DNA from: Podarcis tiliguerta
Lineage: Eukaryota
DNA: 64,000 nt
Assembly: GCA_965153285.1 (NCBI GenBank)
Contig: OZ229122.1
Direction: 5' to 3' (one strand)
Positions 48,720-61,933 of this stretch are shown in pieces; positions within the stretch are counted from its first letter, which is position 1, and each line of letters begins with the position of its first letter. The notes under the pieces are model-generated. The model ran no database searches and was not told the origin of the DNA. It saw nothing but the letters and a program-made list of their open reading frames with translations. The position numbers and the translations under genes are program-made.

Positions 48720-50090
48720 TATAGCAAAAAAGTAGTGCTCATCAGCTAGGCTTTGCAGGGTTCTTGGGGAGGGAAAAGCATTTTTAGCTATGGAGAGGGA
48801 GAAGACCTCCCACAGTTGGAACTCTGTGTGTGTACAGGAACTATGATTCTTTTTATGATACTGGGTGTGGGTCATTCTTCATGGCTCTCCTTAACATATT
48901 CACACAAGGCTTTGCTGCTGCAAGGCGGTTAGCCCATAGGTATTGCCAAAGGAGATTTATGTTCAGTTGGGATAGTACTTGAATGGTTTGATAAAGTAAT
49001 AGAAACATTCCCGGTCCAAACAACTTGTGGCTACCAAGCTGAACCTAGCCTATTAGTGACATGGTGAAAGAACCTGTTGGGAGGGGGGAAGGGGGAGGAG
49101 AAACCCAAGGTCCTACTTGGGTCCATTGATTTCAGTGCGACTAAAACATGACTTACGTTAGGATCCAAACTGGTTTTGCAATCACAGGCACCAAAAACAG
49201 TTTAGTGATTTGCTGGTAGGTTGCGATTTAGGCTTGGTGAGTCGTAGGTTACACAGGCCTGCTTTAAACTTAATAGAGTTGGGTGATACAAAGTAGGTAT
49301 TCTTGCCAGCCACCTACAAGAGTCTAGATAGGTAATGGACCATTGATGCAGGGATTCCGTATCAATTCCTGATAACACCAAGGCTTCATTTGCGCATACG
49401 CCTCCCTTCCAAGTTACTAACAAATAACTAGGCCATTTCTAAAGGCTGATTTGGGCACTTCACTGGTAAGGGTACTTAGTACAGGTCACCAAGATAAACC
49501 ACCCTAGCAAATACATCCCACAAAAGGCATGAGTAGATCTAGGGTTTGACCAGTGAGCCTCAACTGAAATGTTCGAGATGAATCCATTGTCTCTCCAATG
49601 TGGAACTTGGCATGAGACCATATGTTGTGTTCAAAATAAGATTCCTACATCAATTAACCCAAATTTTGCAACAACCTGAATTCTCAGATGCCGGACCTGT
49701 ATGAGCTATACAAATTGGCCTATATTTTGTTAATCATGGGAAAGGCATACAAAGCATTTCCTCCTCAGCACAGGAATTCTCGGGCTCCCTGGCTTCTGAG
49801 ATCTCACCTGGTTCGTATATCATGCTCATTTATTTTCAGATCTATCTGAACATGTATAAGGACTAGAAGCTTGCTTTCAAAACTCAAAACTAACAAAAAG
49901 CTGAGATTTTCAGGCTGCTGGATTTTGTGTCCAGTGCTGTTTCATATACATGTGTGTGGTGCTTATTACAGAATATGCAGAGGCCTTGCTCGGTTGCCTT
50001 GGGTGGGAGAAAGGCCCGACTCAGCAATTCTCCAACATATAATTCTTAAAAAATAGAAAAGTGCAAGCAGGGACTGGGATAGTGGTGGTC

Positions 50091-50096
50091 TTTATT
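50091..50096 (-). terminator. Probable CRHR1 polyadenylation signal
   Basis: TTTATT (AATAAA on -) about 940 nt downstream of the CRHR1 stop codon. Confidence 0.5.
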
Positions 50097-51031
50097 CAGA
50101 GATATCAAAACAAATGCATGAATACCCTCATTCCACTTTGGGGCTCAAGGGGGCTTCCCATGGGCATAAGTTTGGTGCAAACCAAAACAACTATTCAGCG
50201 GACTATGGAAATACTGGGTTGGTTGCCTTGCTGAGGTCGGAGGATTTACAAGGCATCAGCTCTTGTTTTGGCGGCTGCAGCAGCAGCTGGAATGAGGAAG
50301 AACACTGGAATGGCACTGTTGGCTCCCGCTCAGCATTCTCACAAATGGTTAAAAGAGATGTCCGAAGGAAGGTGACAAGCAGGTGTGATGGGGGTGTCCA
50401 CCTGCTCTTTTCAATCCCCAGGATCAGGTAGTCGGCAGCCCTGAATTCAGAGTTTGTGCTTTTGGCTCTTTTTTGGCTATTAGCCACATATGTATCCTTC
50501 CTGAACCATTCAGATCCTGTAAAATATGTCAATGGCCAACTCGGCATCTTGTAGCTAGGCAGTTCCCAAAAAGAACCTCTTCCTTTGGTTTTGCTTATCT
50601 ATCAACTCCAGTGGAGGGTTTTGTTTGTTTTTTAGTTGGAAGTGAACCACCCACCCCTCTGCTCTTTCCACAGCACTTGTGTGATTTCATAACCCTTTCC
50701 CCGATCTGTTAGCGAATTGACCAAAGAGCTCCAGACAGCATGGGAAAGTGAAGTAAGCCACACCTTCGAAGAACGGGATGTTGGGGCTGTTGCCTCCGAA
50801 TTCCTGTCGCTTAAGAGCCACCAGAACCTCCCGAGACTTGCAATTCTAGCCACGTAGAACATGAGGCTTCAGCCAACAGAATGCAGGCGACAATCTCCGG
50901 GGACTTTTCTGAGCCGGAACTCCGGAGGGGGAGGCAACAAAAATCCTGTCTTTTGCAGTCGGCAAGTCATGTCCTGTCCTGTCCCACAACTTCAGCAAAA
51001 GGTATTGGCCCCACGGTTCAGAGCAGCAGCC

Positions 51032-51172
51032 TCAGAGAGCCGTCGACTGCTTGATGCTATGGAAGCTGACGCGCGTTGGGGAGGTGGGGATGGACATGGC
51101 CCTGGCGACTCTGGCTCGGATGGAGTGCTTGTCCTGCCACCGGTGCCATCTCTTCCGGACTGCAGAACGAAC
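51032..51172 (-). CDS. CRHR1: Corticotropin-releasing factor receptor 1, terminal exon
   Basis: [46 protein letters not shown]-stop; [11 protein letters not shown] and QSTA are CRHR1-type, not CRHR2-type. Confidence 0.96.
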   Translation of the reverse strand, partial: VRSAVRKRWHRWQDKHSIRARVARAMSIPTSPTRVSFHSIKQSTAL

Positions 51173-52080
51173 CTGGGGAGACAAGCCACAAATACCCATA
51201 AATGTACTGTAAATAAAGGGGTAATCTGCCAATTAAAAAGGGGTGACAGATTTAATGGAGAACAAGGCTTGTGAAGGGATGGGGGACGGACCACCAGCAG
51301 CCTTTCAGGTGCTGCTGGACTACAACTCCCATCGTCCCTGTCCATTTGGCTGTGGCTGATGGGAGTTGGAGTTCCAAGTACATCTACAGGAAAGCTTCAG
51401 CAGGTGGAAGAACTTTGGGGTTTTGTTCCCGGCGGTAGAAGGGGCTGTACACACTGAAAATATCCTTTCCCAAAGTTATCCACAGCATAGGGGTGCCTCT
51501 GTGAATCTGTAGGACTAGCAGCCTTCTTATATTAGTAGGCTACTGGTGAGTTAATCAGGACTAATGGCCACCTCTGATTCCATAGGGTTGCCAAGGATGA
51601 ATATGTAAAAAAAAAAATTCCTTTAAAAATGTGAGTGTCACCATGCAGTGTAAAATCTTAACTTTCCTGGAGCTATTCCACCTGATCCTACATGCAGCAA
51701 GAGAGGGGGCAACATAAAATTCTTCAATTTGAAATGGATTGGTCATAGAAAAATTGCTCAAAGGGAGAGACGCTGTAGCATGGTCATTTTCCTGAGCTTT
51801 CCCCTGCAGGGATGTTTTTGACAAAGAGGCAGTTTGTACTGCTTCATATGCAGAAGCACCAGTTCTGCTGTCATCCTGTTCTCCTAAGCATGAGGTTTCA
51901 CCCTCTGCTTTGGGATGATTTGTCTCTGCCCATAGTAATTGATCTCGCCCCTGTGCCAACCCCTTGATCTGGCAATTCATCTGTTTTTCAAAAGGCTGTA
52001 TGATAGATTGGGCAGCATGCAAGTTGAGACCCAGCAAGCCTCCCCCGTCTCTGCCCACTCATTCCCCAACCCTGGCTCAC

Positions 52081-52122
52081 CTCGCTGTTCAGGAAGCAGT
52101 AGAAGACAGAGACAAAAAAGCC
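52081..52122 (-). CDS. CRHR1: CRHR1 exon (TM7)
   Basis: GFFVSVFYCFLNSE; 42 bp. Confidence 0.96.
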
Positions 52123-52882
52123 CTGATTAGAGAAGAAAGAATAGCATAGTCAAGCTTTGGGAAAGAGAGAAATAACCGCAGCCTTTTGCACCATGTTTCC
52201 TGTGGGCACTTCCTAGGGGGCTATTTTTCATTTTTAAAAGGCAAGTGCCAGATGCTTTGATCTGTAAACCTTGCCTTATAATCCAAGATGTTTGGGAGAT
52301 GGGTGGGGGGAGAGAATAGACACAGAGTGGGGAATGAGATGCAATCTTCACATAATGAAATCTTTGCATGCTCAACAGCACAATCTCATTACTTTGCAAA
52401 GACAATGCTGAGATCTGGACCATGCAAACAGGTTTCCTAGAGCCCTGGGAAGAGGAGGAGGAACATGATGAGGTTAGTAAATAGTCCCTGGAGATGGGCG
52501 TGCAATGATTCTACCAGAGCCAAAACAAAACAAATTCCCAAATCAGATTTAAGTATTGTTTCTGTTACAAATTTTTCATATGGAAAGTCAACCCTTGGGA
52601 GATAAGCCTTGCAAGTGAATTTTAAGGAAGTTTCATGCTGCCGATTTTGATATCTCAGTGTGGTCCCCCCTCCCCGTTCTAAAACCCATATATGTCCAAC
52701 AGAAGCCCTAGTTTGGAATTGCCAGCGGGTGGGGATAATGCGATTTAAAACAACATCTAAAATAAGTACATAAATACACTGAAGTTATTGCAAGCAATTT
52801 CGAGTTATAAGATTTTGTATGGATTTTGCACCCCTTAACCCCAAATGCATTTGGGCTCTAGTTTCCACAAGGTTTTCCATAC

Positions 52883-53018
52883 CTGGAAGGACTCCAAGAC
52901 AGAGTTGAAGTAGATGAAGACTACCCGGGATATTTCATCTTCACCGGGGTTGACGAAGAAAAGCATGTAGGTAATGCCCAGCAAAGGAAGGAGCACAAGG
53001 GTAGCCTTCACAGCTTTT
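52883..53018 (-). CDS. CRHR1: CRHR1 exon (TM6-ECL3-TM7)
   Basis: [45 protein letters not shown]. Confidence 0.96.
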
Positions 53019-53762
53019 CTGAAGGAAGAGCACAGGACTTAAAATCCAAGCGAGTTCCAGACCGGCACCCCAGTGTCCCCTTGCCAATGGTTAGGGTTGG
53101 ATCTACACATGTAGCAGAATGAAGTGGGAATGAGGTGGTAGAGTCCAAAGGGTGGACTGAGGCTAGGATCCCATTCCTGAATTCTCATACACACACACAC
53201 ACACCAAAGCCACTTCCTGCAAATGGGACTCTATAGCAGCAAATAGAAGGATAGCTAGAACTTCTCCTAGTGTGCTTAGACTTCCACTTGCAGGGAACCT
53301 TCCACAAATAACAACACTTGAAAATGATATATCCCAGGCAGCAGTCTAACAGCTGCATTCTGGATTAGTTGTAGTTTCCGAGTCACCTTCAAGGGCAGCC
53401 CTGCGAAGAGTGCATTGCAGTAGTCCAAGCGGGAGAGGGTTGGTCCCGGTTCAGGGCAAATTCTAGAATTGACCTCTGGCTCAGAGTAAGCCCTGAGCCT
53501 TACTTCCTGCGTCTGGGTTACCAGACTCCTGCCTTTTAAAAGTTAAAAGGGCTGATGAGCAGGGCTTTCTGTAGCTAGGGAGGGCAAGTGGGCCTTCTCT
53601 TCAGGACTCAGTTAACAGAATCAATTAATTCTGCAAAGCAATAATAGAAACCTGCTCAATTTGCACAACATATTTGAGTCGAGGAGTCAGAAGAGTGGTT
53701 TAGCATAGCCCCTATCATAAACTCTGGCCACCCATTCTCCGCCTGTGCTCTTGCACTGATAC

Positions 53763-53848
53763 CTGTACTGTATTGTCTCTGAGGTGGTCGAGGCCCGAAG
53801 CTTCGTCATCAGGATTCTGACAATGTTGAATAAAAAGATAAAGTTGAT
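53763..53848 (-). CDS. CRHR1: CRHR1 exon (TM5-ICL3)
   Basis: [28 protein letters not shown](R). Confidence 0.96.
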
Positions 53849-54095
53849 CTGGAATAGACACAGAAACGAGATTAAGTGGTGGAGTAAGTGTATAAAGAAA
53901 TGCCTCCATCACCAATGCAAAATGACATTTTGTCACATCCCCCATCAGGGTGGCACCCGGGGCAGGCCACAACCCCCGCAGTATGCCCCTGCACACCTGT
54001 TCTCTAGGGCAAGTTTTCAAAATCAGCCCGCGCTTGAGAACCACCTGAATGGATCTCAACAGAAGTAACATTTCCAGTCCGGTTTACTCTCTCTT

Positions 54096-54109
54096 CCACT
54101 AGGGGGAGC
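54096..54109 (+). promoter_or_regulatory. Candidate CTCF site in a CRHR1 intron
   Basis: CCACTAGGGGGAGC closely matches the CTCF core consensus CCASYAGRKGGCRC. Confidence 0.45.
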
Positions 54110-55509
54110 TACTCTCTCAGGTATTGCAAAAACAAATGGCCATTATTTCATCTGACAGAACAATATTAATCTGAAATCTAATCTTGCTTTAAAAGTTTTC
54201 AGAGCTTAGTTGGACTTCGGAGTCAATGCTTTTTAGGAGTGGAAATAAGGAGCTGGGGGTGGGGGATAGTGACAACCACATTCTGGATGTGATGCAAAAT
54301 AAATCCTCTCAGTTAATTTATCTGTCTCCCCAAAATATGCCAAGCTCCTTTATGAAAAGCAAGGTGGGTGTGTACAGTAAATTTATTTACTGATCAGGCC
54401 ACAGAAATTTGTATATGGCCGTTTGAAATCTGTTTCATTGGCTTCAGAAGCTCCATCTCTCCTTACAGTTTTGACTGTCCACTGTTTGCAAAGATTAGAT
54501 ATGTAGAGGATTTCCTTCCATTTCAAGCTGGGTTGTTTTATTGGGCTGCCAGCAAATGCTGAATTACTTCTTGTTGCAGAACAGTTTGTTAAAGCAAATG
54601 TGATTGATGGTTTTGCTGATAAATTAGGTCAATGACATTTCATTCCACTTGCAGCGTTTTGTATTTGTCGAACCCTCTTGTTTTGGCCCACAGCAATAAG
54701 TAAAGACAGATCTAACATTTTAAGAGTTGCAGGGGTGGGCTTGACAGCCCATATATATATATATATTCCTGCCTTAAGGAGTAAAAAATAAATAAAAATG
54801 GTCTTGCAGTTCCCCAGAGAGAGCTGGGAAGAAGCTGGGTATGGGGGATGCCCAATGACTATTGTCTCAACACCACCAACTCATAAGTTACCACCCCACT
54901 CCCAAGAAATCCCTGCAGCACCTTTTAAACCAGTTTTCAAAACGCTGGAAAAAATTAGGGGGGAAGCGTGTCACAAGAAAGATGCATCTCTTGCTTTGTT
55001 TTGTTTTTTAAGGACCTCCTTCCATGGGAAGAGAAGAACATTTGAGAACTGAATTCCTTTACCTGGGAAGCAGCCCTCATTTCCATCGTTTCACTTACCT
55101 TGTACTTCTCAAGTCAGGTTCACACTATGGGTTTAAAAGCCTACGGAATCCCAAACCCACTTATCTGGGACTTAAGTCCCACTGAACTCAGCAGGACTTT
55201 CTTCTGAGTAGACATGGTTAGGGTTATGCTGTCACACCCTGCTGGGAAAGTTCTCAAAATATTCTGTATGTCTTCATAACAAGATTATATGTACACACAC
55301 ACACACAAAAGCACACACACACTTTTATGTTTGTGTTTCGGGAGTGAGATCAGCATGTGAAATGGATTGCACCTATATATGAAATTGAGCTTTCTGAGTT
55401 CTATAGTAATGCCACAAAACCCCTCAGAAGTGTTTTTATGCATTTGGCTTGCTTTTTATTATAGCAAGCACTGTAGTATTACTCCAGCCTTGTCAATAAG
55501 CCAAAGTTA

Positions 55510-55761
55510 CGGTGGACGCTCGGGTTGCGAACGTGATCCGTGCGGGATGCATGTTCGCAATCCGCAGCATTCACAACCCGTGTCTGTGCACACACGGGTT
55601 ATGATTCGGCACTTCTGCGCATGTGCAAAGCGTGATTTAGCGCTTCTGCGCATGCGCGACCGCCAAAACCCGGAAGTAACCTGTTCCGGTACTTCTGGGT
55701 TTCGGCGATCCGTAACCTGAAAAAACGCAACCTGAAGCATCTGTAACCCAAGGTATGACTG
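55510..55761. mobile_element. Tigger-like MITE (related subfamily)
   Basis: TA-flanked; imperfect TIR CGGTGGACGCTCGGGTTGC / GTAACCCAAGGTATGACTG; shares gtaacctgaa subrepeats with the 31940 family. Confidence 0.7.
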
Positions 55762-58154
55762 TACTAGTCTGCTAAGAGGCCAGTAGAACGCCCCTCCTGT
55801 GCAACCAAGATGGAAACGCAAGCTGCTAGCCTCTTTGTGGGCTTGTTCAAAAGTTGCTGTCTATCAAGCAGACGAGCAGAGGGAGAGATGGAGGGATCTG
55901 TTCTTCCTGCACCAGCCCCCTCACCTACGTGGAGTTCCTCATTGCCTGCAGCGAGCAGGTGAGTGCTTTAAAAAAGATGAAGAAAAGGCAAGAAATACTA
56001 ATAATGGCCTCTTCTAACATAACAAAGGAATGCTGGGAGGTGATTCAGGGTTTCTGAAGAGGTAATGAAGACCCTACTTTACTTTGTCTCTGAGAAAGAG
56101 AGAATGAGATTGAGATGGAAGAATAGGATCGAGACCAGCTCAGACTGAAAGTTCTCCCAGAGACAGGCTGCTTTGATTTAACGTTTGTCCAGATAACACA
56201 CGAGGAACCCTCATGCCTTCTTTCGCTCTCTGGCCTCCTCCAGAAGCACTAATCCTGGAGGAAATTAGGCATGAGGATTCAGGAAGTGTTACAAAGTGGC
56301 TGCCCAGAGGGCAGAGGCGGCAGCAGTCTCCTCAGGCGGCGCGGCAGGCCCTCTAACTAGACAAATCGCCTCCGACTTTCCCCCCCAGGCCTCTGCATCA
56401 GCCTAGGCTGCCTGATAGCGGCTGCTATTATCCTCATCAAATAACATCATTAACAAATTTGCTGGAGGCAGGGGAGGTGTGCGAATTGTGCTGTGTTCAG
56501 TTGGTAGCAGTGCCGGTGGTAGTGTTGAGCTCGCGCAAGATAGAAATTGTGCCAAGATGGCAAAAGCAATAAGGAAAGGAAGAGTGGGAGGGATAGATGG
56601 AAGGAAGAGCCCAATTAGATGTGATGCAGGAAACCTTTGGATTATTATTTTTTAAATTTAAAAACCATGTCTGAATTTGATGTGGATCAGGTGGTCAAAT
56701 ACAAAACAGGGATGGAGGCCTCCAGCATCTTTAATGGTTGTTTATTTCAGCAGGTGGAGCTTGTCACATAGGCTCTATCGGCTGAAAATTCCCCTTTGCT
56801 ATGCAATTTATTAAAGGTGCAAGACCCCTCCTTTGCATCAGGCCACCCTAGGTGTGGAGTGCTAATTGTTTAATCAGACACTGAAATGCAGAACGCCTGT
56901 ATGCATGTTGTTAAGGGTGTAACATCGGAAAATTCCACTGGCGTATACTCAGCTAGAAGGAAGCTCTCTCTCAGCCTCTAGCTGGGTTGATAATTAACTG
57001 TTGTTCTTTGCTAGCACTCACGTGAGTGTTTAACTTTAGATCACATGATTAGGGTATTCAATTGCAAATCTGCCATTTTGAAGGGGGTTGCCTTTTGTTC
57101 CCAGGCATAGTGAGAGAAGGATGTAATAAGAAGCCTCTCCAGGCTGGATGCAGTGTAATGCAGGCTATGGGAAAGACAGAGCACTGATCTCAGCTCTGGT
57201 TATACTTATATATTTAAGAATATATTCTTGGATATGTACATGCTTTATACGACGTTTTGGGTGTACCATTGATTTTTTTGTTCTGTTTTTGAAGAAGTTT
57301 GGTTAGTAAAGCTTTGAATAATAATTACGAGTCTGGACAATTTTTATTCCAAAGGGAGTCAGCCTTTATGGAAATTGTCCCCTTTAAACTTTTTTACCTG
57401 CAGGGGAAGATATACTTGAAGCCAATATCCCCCCCCCCCCCACCATAAGTGAAAAAAGCAGTGATCAAATTCAGAGTCCCTTCCAGGAGTGCTGACTCTA
57501 GGGAGCAGGCTGTCGTCATGCCCCTCAATATTCCTTAGCAGGGGTCTCAGCCCTGCAAATGTTGAGGGGGTAGAGGAGGCCAAACAGCTGAGCCAGCACA
57601 GCATCAAAGGCAAGCTCCTCCTGAGTGTGAGAGAGGAGGAAACGTGGGCATTGAAGCTGGGCAAGACCTGCTCGCAACTATGCGCATGTTGGGCATGTGA
57701 TGTCACAGGCATGCCATGCTGCTGGGCCCCCCTGATCTTCAGCCCAAGAGGACGCCTCTGGTTCCTTCCCATCTAAGATGTGTGAAGATGAAACTATCAG
57801 GCCTGGTTTAACTTCGTGCACGGCTTGCATCACATCTAGTTTGGCTGAAAATAAATTTAAAAAGTGACCCTCCTAGGCATACTTCCAGAAGGACCAGATG
57901 CAAGAGAATGACAGAGCTATTGTATTTGGGTAGAACAGGAAATTTTAGTGCAGAATTTCCCATCGACAGATTGGCCCGGCCCCTATGATCAGCTTTTGCT
58001 GCCCATGCTCCCATTTCTGCACAATTATGAAAAGGTACTAGAGTCTTGGTCTCTTTTGTTCTTACATCACCTTAGCCACAAAAGCAGCCTCCAACCCCTG
58101 CACTGCACCCCGAAAAAGTATTGAGAGTGGGAAGGAAGGGACTTCCGCTCTTAC

Positions 58155-58227
58155 CAACAGCACCAGTATCATGGGACCTTGGTAGATGTAGTCAGTATAA
58201 ATCCCTGCTCGTTTTCCAAACCAGCAC
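58155..58227 (-). CDS. CRHR1: CRHR1 exon (ECL2-TM5)
   Basis: [24 protein letters not shown]. Confidence 0.96.
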
Positions 58228-59725
58228 CTGTAATTCGGAATGCAGAGCACAAAGAAACCACAGTGAGGATTTAACTTCATCCACGGTTGAAGCTGAACCA
58301 GAGTCCAGGCTTTAAATCCATTTCTGACACAGGATATAATAAAGAAAGAGCATCTCTGGGCATGGGCAGAGTGCTTTTCCTTGGCCAAAACCTCCTCCTA
58401 ACACATGTAGGATAAGGAAGAAGAGCTTCAAGACTGGAAGACCATGACCTAAACTGGATAAAATGAAAAACGTACGGCACATTTCACACATATCTATTTG
58501 ATGAAAACAAACAGCCGGCATATTTAGGGATAGGTAAATGTCAGGAAGTGTCAGAAGGGGTGGTTTTTAACCCTTCCTCCCATGCCATGGTCCCAATGAA
58601 AATAATCACCCACACCCCAATACTGCTGTTTGCTCCCAGAAGGAAACAGCTGCTACCACCAATGTCAGGCTTCCCTGTCAAAACAAATAGCAGCTTTGGG
58701 GAAGAAATGAAACCAGTGCAGTTGCGAAGGAGGAGTTGGGAAAGAAAATGAAACCACGCCCTACCCATGCATGGTACCCCTACCCTGATCAGGCCCACTG
58801 TCTCATTCCTGCTATTTATTTTCTCTTTCTTTCTTTCTTTCTAAAAGCAAGACACATGAAACCATGCATTTATTGCATCACCCAGCTTGAACCTCATAAT
58901 CTGAGTTACTGTCACCACTCACCACCCCTCAAGACTGTAGTCGCTGGGAAAGAACAATTTTTTAAAAACCCGCCAAGAAGACCTTTCTAAGTGACTTGGA
59001 ACCCCAAACAAGAGGGTGGGTGATTGGTTTCAGCCATAGCCGCAGCCAGAACTTACTTGAAAGCGAGAAGCCATGGCTGATAATTAAGGCAAATGGCGGC
59101 CAGCCCAAATCAATCCTGCTCGCCTGCATGATTAATGGCCATGGAAGCAACTTGCCAGGGGGCTGCTATGTCCTCCATTAGCAAGTCACTGGGAAAGCAG
59201 GATCAAGGGCCCAGAGGGAAAGGCATAAGACCCTCTCATTAAATCCCAGGCTGCTTTAACTGGGGGGGACCTCCCACGATGGTGTTTCATTAGCAATGCC
59301 CAGTGCTGTGTTTACACTTTAAAAAAAATAAATCACCAAGTAGTTTAATTCTGCTACCTCCATAAACTCTGCAAATTTGTCTGGATTTGCTGAATCTTCC
59401 TATTTCAGCCTACTTTTTCTAGCTACAGAACAGAGAATCGGGGAGCGTGCTGAATGTTTATTCCTTCACCTCTGCTCAACCCACTACGAAGGGCCAAAGG
59501 ATGCAGAGATGCTAGGAAATTTGGGATGGGACCTCTAGCTTGTTCAAAAATTCTGTTTCTTATAAAAGTAGCTGCAGGGGTTGGGTGGGGAGAGCAAGCT
59601 GGATTTGAAATGCAGCGCTTTCCTGATTCTAAGTTGCTTGCGACACTCCCACAAGGGGCTGCCCACTTGCCAATCACCTGACATCATAATCATGTCAGGT
59701 GAGTTGTTTTCGCCCTGGGTGGATA

Positions 59726-60410
59726 ATGATGATGATGATGATGATGATGATGACAATAAATTATTTATACCCCACCCTTCCTGGTTCAGAAAACCAGGCT
59801 CAGGGTAGCTAACAACAAATTTAAAACACTTATTTGATGCAACAAAAAATAGCACAAAATACAGTATAAAATGTGAATAACAATAAATTCAGAATTCAAA
59901 AGTCAATTTAGGGGGGAAATCCATCCAATAAACATTAGATGATCACCAGGGCTAGCTGGCTAAATTAGTCCTATTTGGGCCAGCGAAGAGACCAGGGGAG
60001 AATTAGCTGTGGGATCCCAGAGCGGGTAATCTTCATAAAAAGGGGAGGGGGAGGGAAGGAAGGGGAATAAAAGATCAGACTAAGTTCAAATTGAAAGCCA
60101 GGAAGAATAGCTCTGTCCTACAGGCCCTGCGGAAGGAAGTTAAATCCTGCAGGGCCCTGGTCTTATGGGACAGAGCATTCCACCAGGTTGGAGCCATCAC
60201 TGAAAAGGCCCTGGCCCTGGTGGAGGATAATCTAACTTCCTTAGGGCCTGGGACCTCTAAACTATGATTATTCATGGACCTTAAGGTCCTCTGCGGGACA
60301 TACCAGGAGAGGCAGTCCCATAACTACGAGGGCCCTAAGCCACAAAGGGCTTTAAAGGTCAAAACCAGCACCTTAAACCTGACCTGATACTCTACGGGGA
60401 GCCAGTGCAA
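59726..60410 (-). mobile_element. L2 LINE 3' fragment with (GAT)n tail
   Basis: Reverse translation RARAFSVMAPTWWNALSHKTRALQDLTSFRRACRTELF is a typical L2 ORF2 C-terminus; (GAT)n at 59726-59753. Confidence 0.8.
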
Positions 60411-61403
60411 CAGATACATGGCCCTCAAAGCCCTGACAACCAGCTGATTGTTGGCGCTAGCATAGAGCCAAGCAGGGCACTCACTCTACACAGGTCTTTG
60501 CAGGTGCCACTGGTCCTACAGGCTTCTTTTCGGCCCAGCCGTTGCTTTACCTGCCTCACCCCTGACATGTGACATCAGGTGGAGGGCAGGTGGGCTTGGC
60601 AGAACAGCCCGATGGGACTAATGGGGAGTGCCTAATCTGGCCCACTGGTCAGAGGTTTCCATTCCCTGAACTAATCCTATCCATTGGGACTAGGATATCC
60701 CTGAAATTTAAACACCTACATCCAAGGTTCTCAAAGTAGATGGTACTACCCACTGGGGGATGACAGGATTACTTAGCAGGGTGCCAAAAGGTGGCAAGGG
60801 GGTGCTGGAGATGTAAATGACTATCAGACTGTGAAAAGCTGGTATCACTGGATCAAGCATTCATCAGTTTTGCTGATTAATTAAACTAAGTAATTGGACT
60901 TTGAATGCACGTGCAATTAATTGCCACTGTTTCAAATTTCATTGCATTATCATCTCCCTTAGTGGGTGGTGCATTTCACTATTCTGAGTAGTGCTTTTTA
61001 TAGGTTAGGGAGCCCTGGGGTGAGTTTACGGAATGAAAGGAGCGGTGGCCTCCAAAAAGTTTGGGAGCCACTGATCCACATTCTTGGTGCAGGTAAACAG
61101 CTTTTTGTTTGGTTCATGGGCAGTTGGAGTGGTAGTTGGCAGAATGGGGGAAGAACACTGCTTGCCTGTAAGCAAGGCCACTCCTGATTTCTTGCTCGTC
61201 TGCTAAAATCGCCCCCAAGTCTGCTCCTGATTGCCTTTGTGCAAAGCGGAGAAATGCCAGCAGAGCTTCCCTCCTTCCACCCCCAGATCCCTCCTTGGCA
61301 CCCACTCCAAGGCTGTGCAAGCCTGCTCTAGAAGCCATTACCATAGCAGCAGAAAAGCAGGATGGGGGGGGGGGGGGAGAGAGAGAGGCTAGGGCTGACT
61401 TAC

Positions 61404-61464
61404 TTCTCATTGTCATAGTAGAGTTTCCCAATGGCCCAAGCGATGATGATGGGGAAAGGGATGC
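61404..61464 (-). CDS. CRHR1: CRHR1 exon (TM4-ECL2)
   Basis: (C)IPFPIIIAWAIGKLYYDNE(K); 61 bp. Confidence 0.96.
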
Positions 61465-61933
61465 CTGTGGATGAAAGCAAAGACAGGTCTCAGGGCATCC
61501 GGTGAGGAATGACCTAGCATTAAGGCAAGGGGTTGTGGTAGTTGGGGGAGCAAATGGGATATCTGGCCTCAGCTCAGGGACCCACCCATACCGAGCGAAA
61601 CTATCACGGTGCTATTATCTAAGCTCAGACGCAGAGCCTGTTTTTTCTTGCGTGAGGCCTCAGTGCTCCTATAATGAGTGAGAATGAGAGTGCTTCTGAG
61701 CATCTGCAGAGCAAATAGGTTAATCTGTGCCCTTGGAATCATCGCAGCTCAGCCTCAGGCCCTGTTGCCCATACTAGAATGCATGATGGTGCCCCTGAGC
61801 ATATAACAAAGGCACACTCGGCTTACTCGCACTCAGTCCCTATGGCTTAACTCCAGAATGTGCTTTCAGATTCTGGAAAGGTATACATGATAAACAAAAA
61901 AGTACTCCTGAACCTTAGCGGAGTTCCGAGTCT

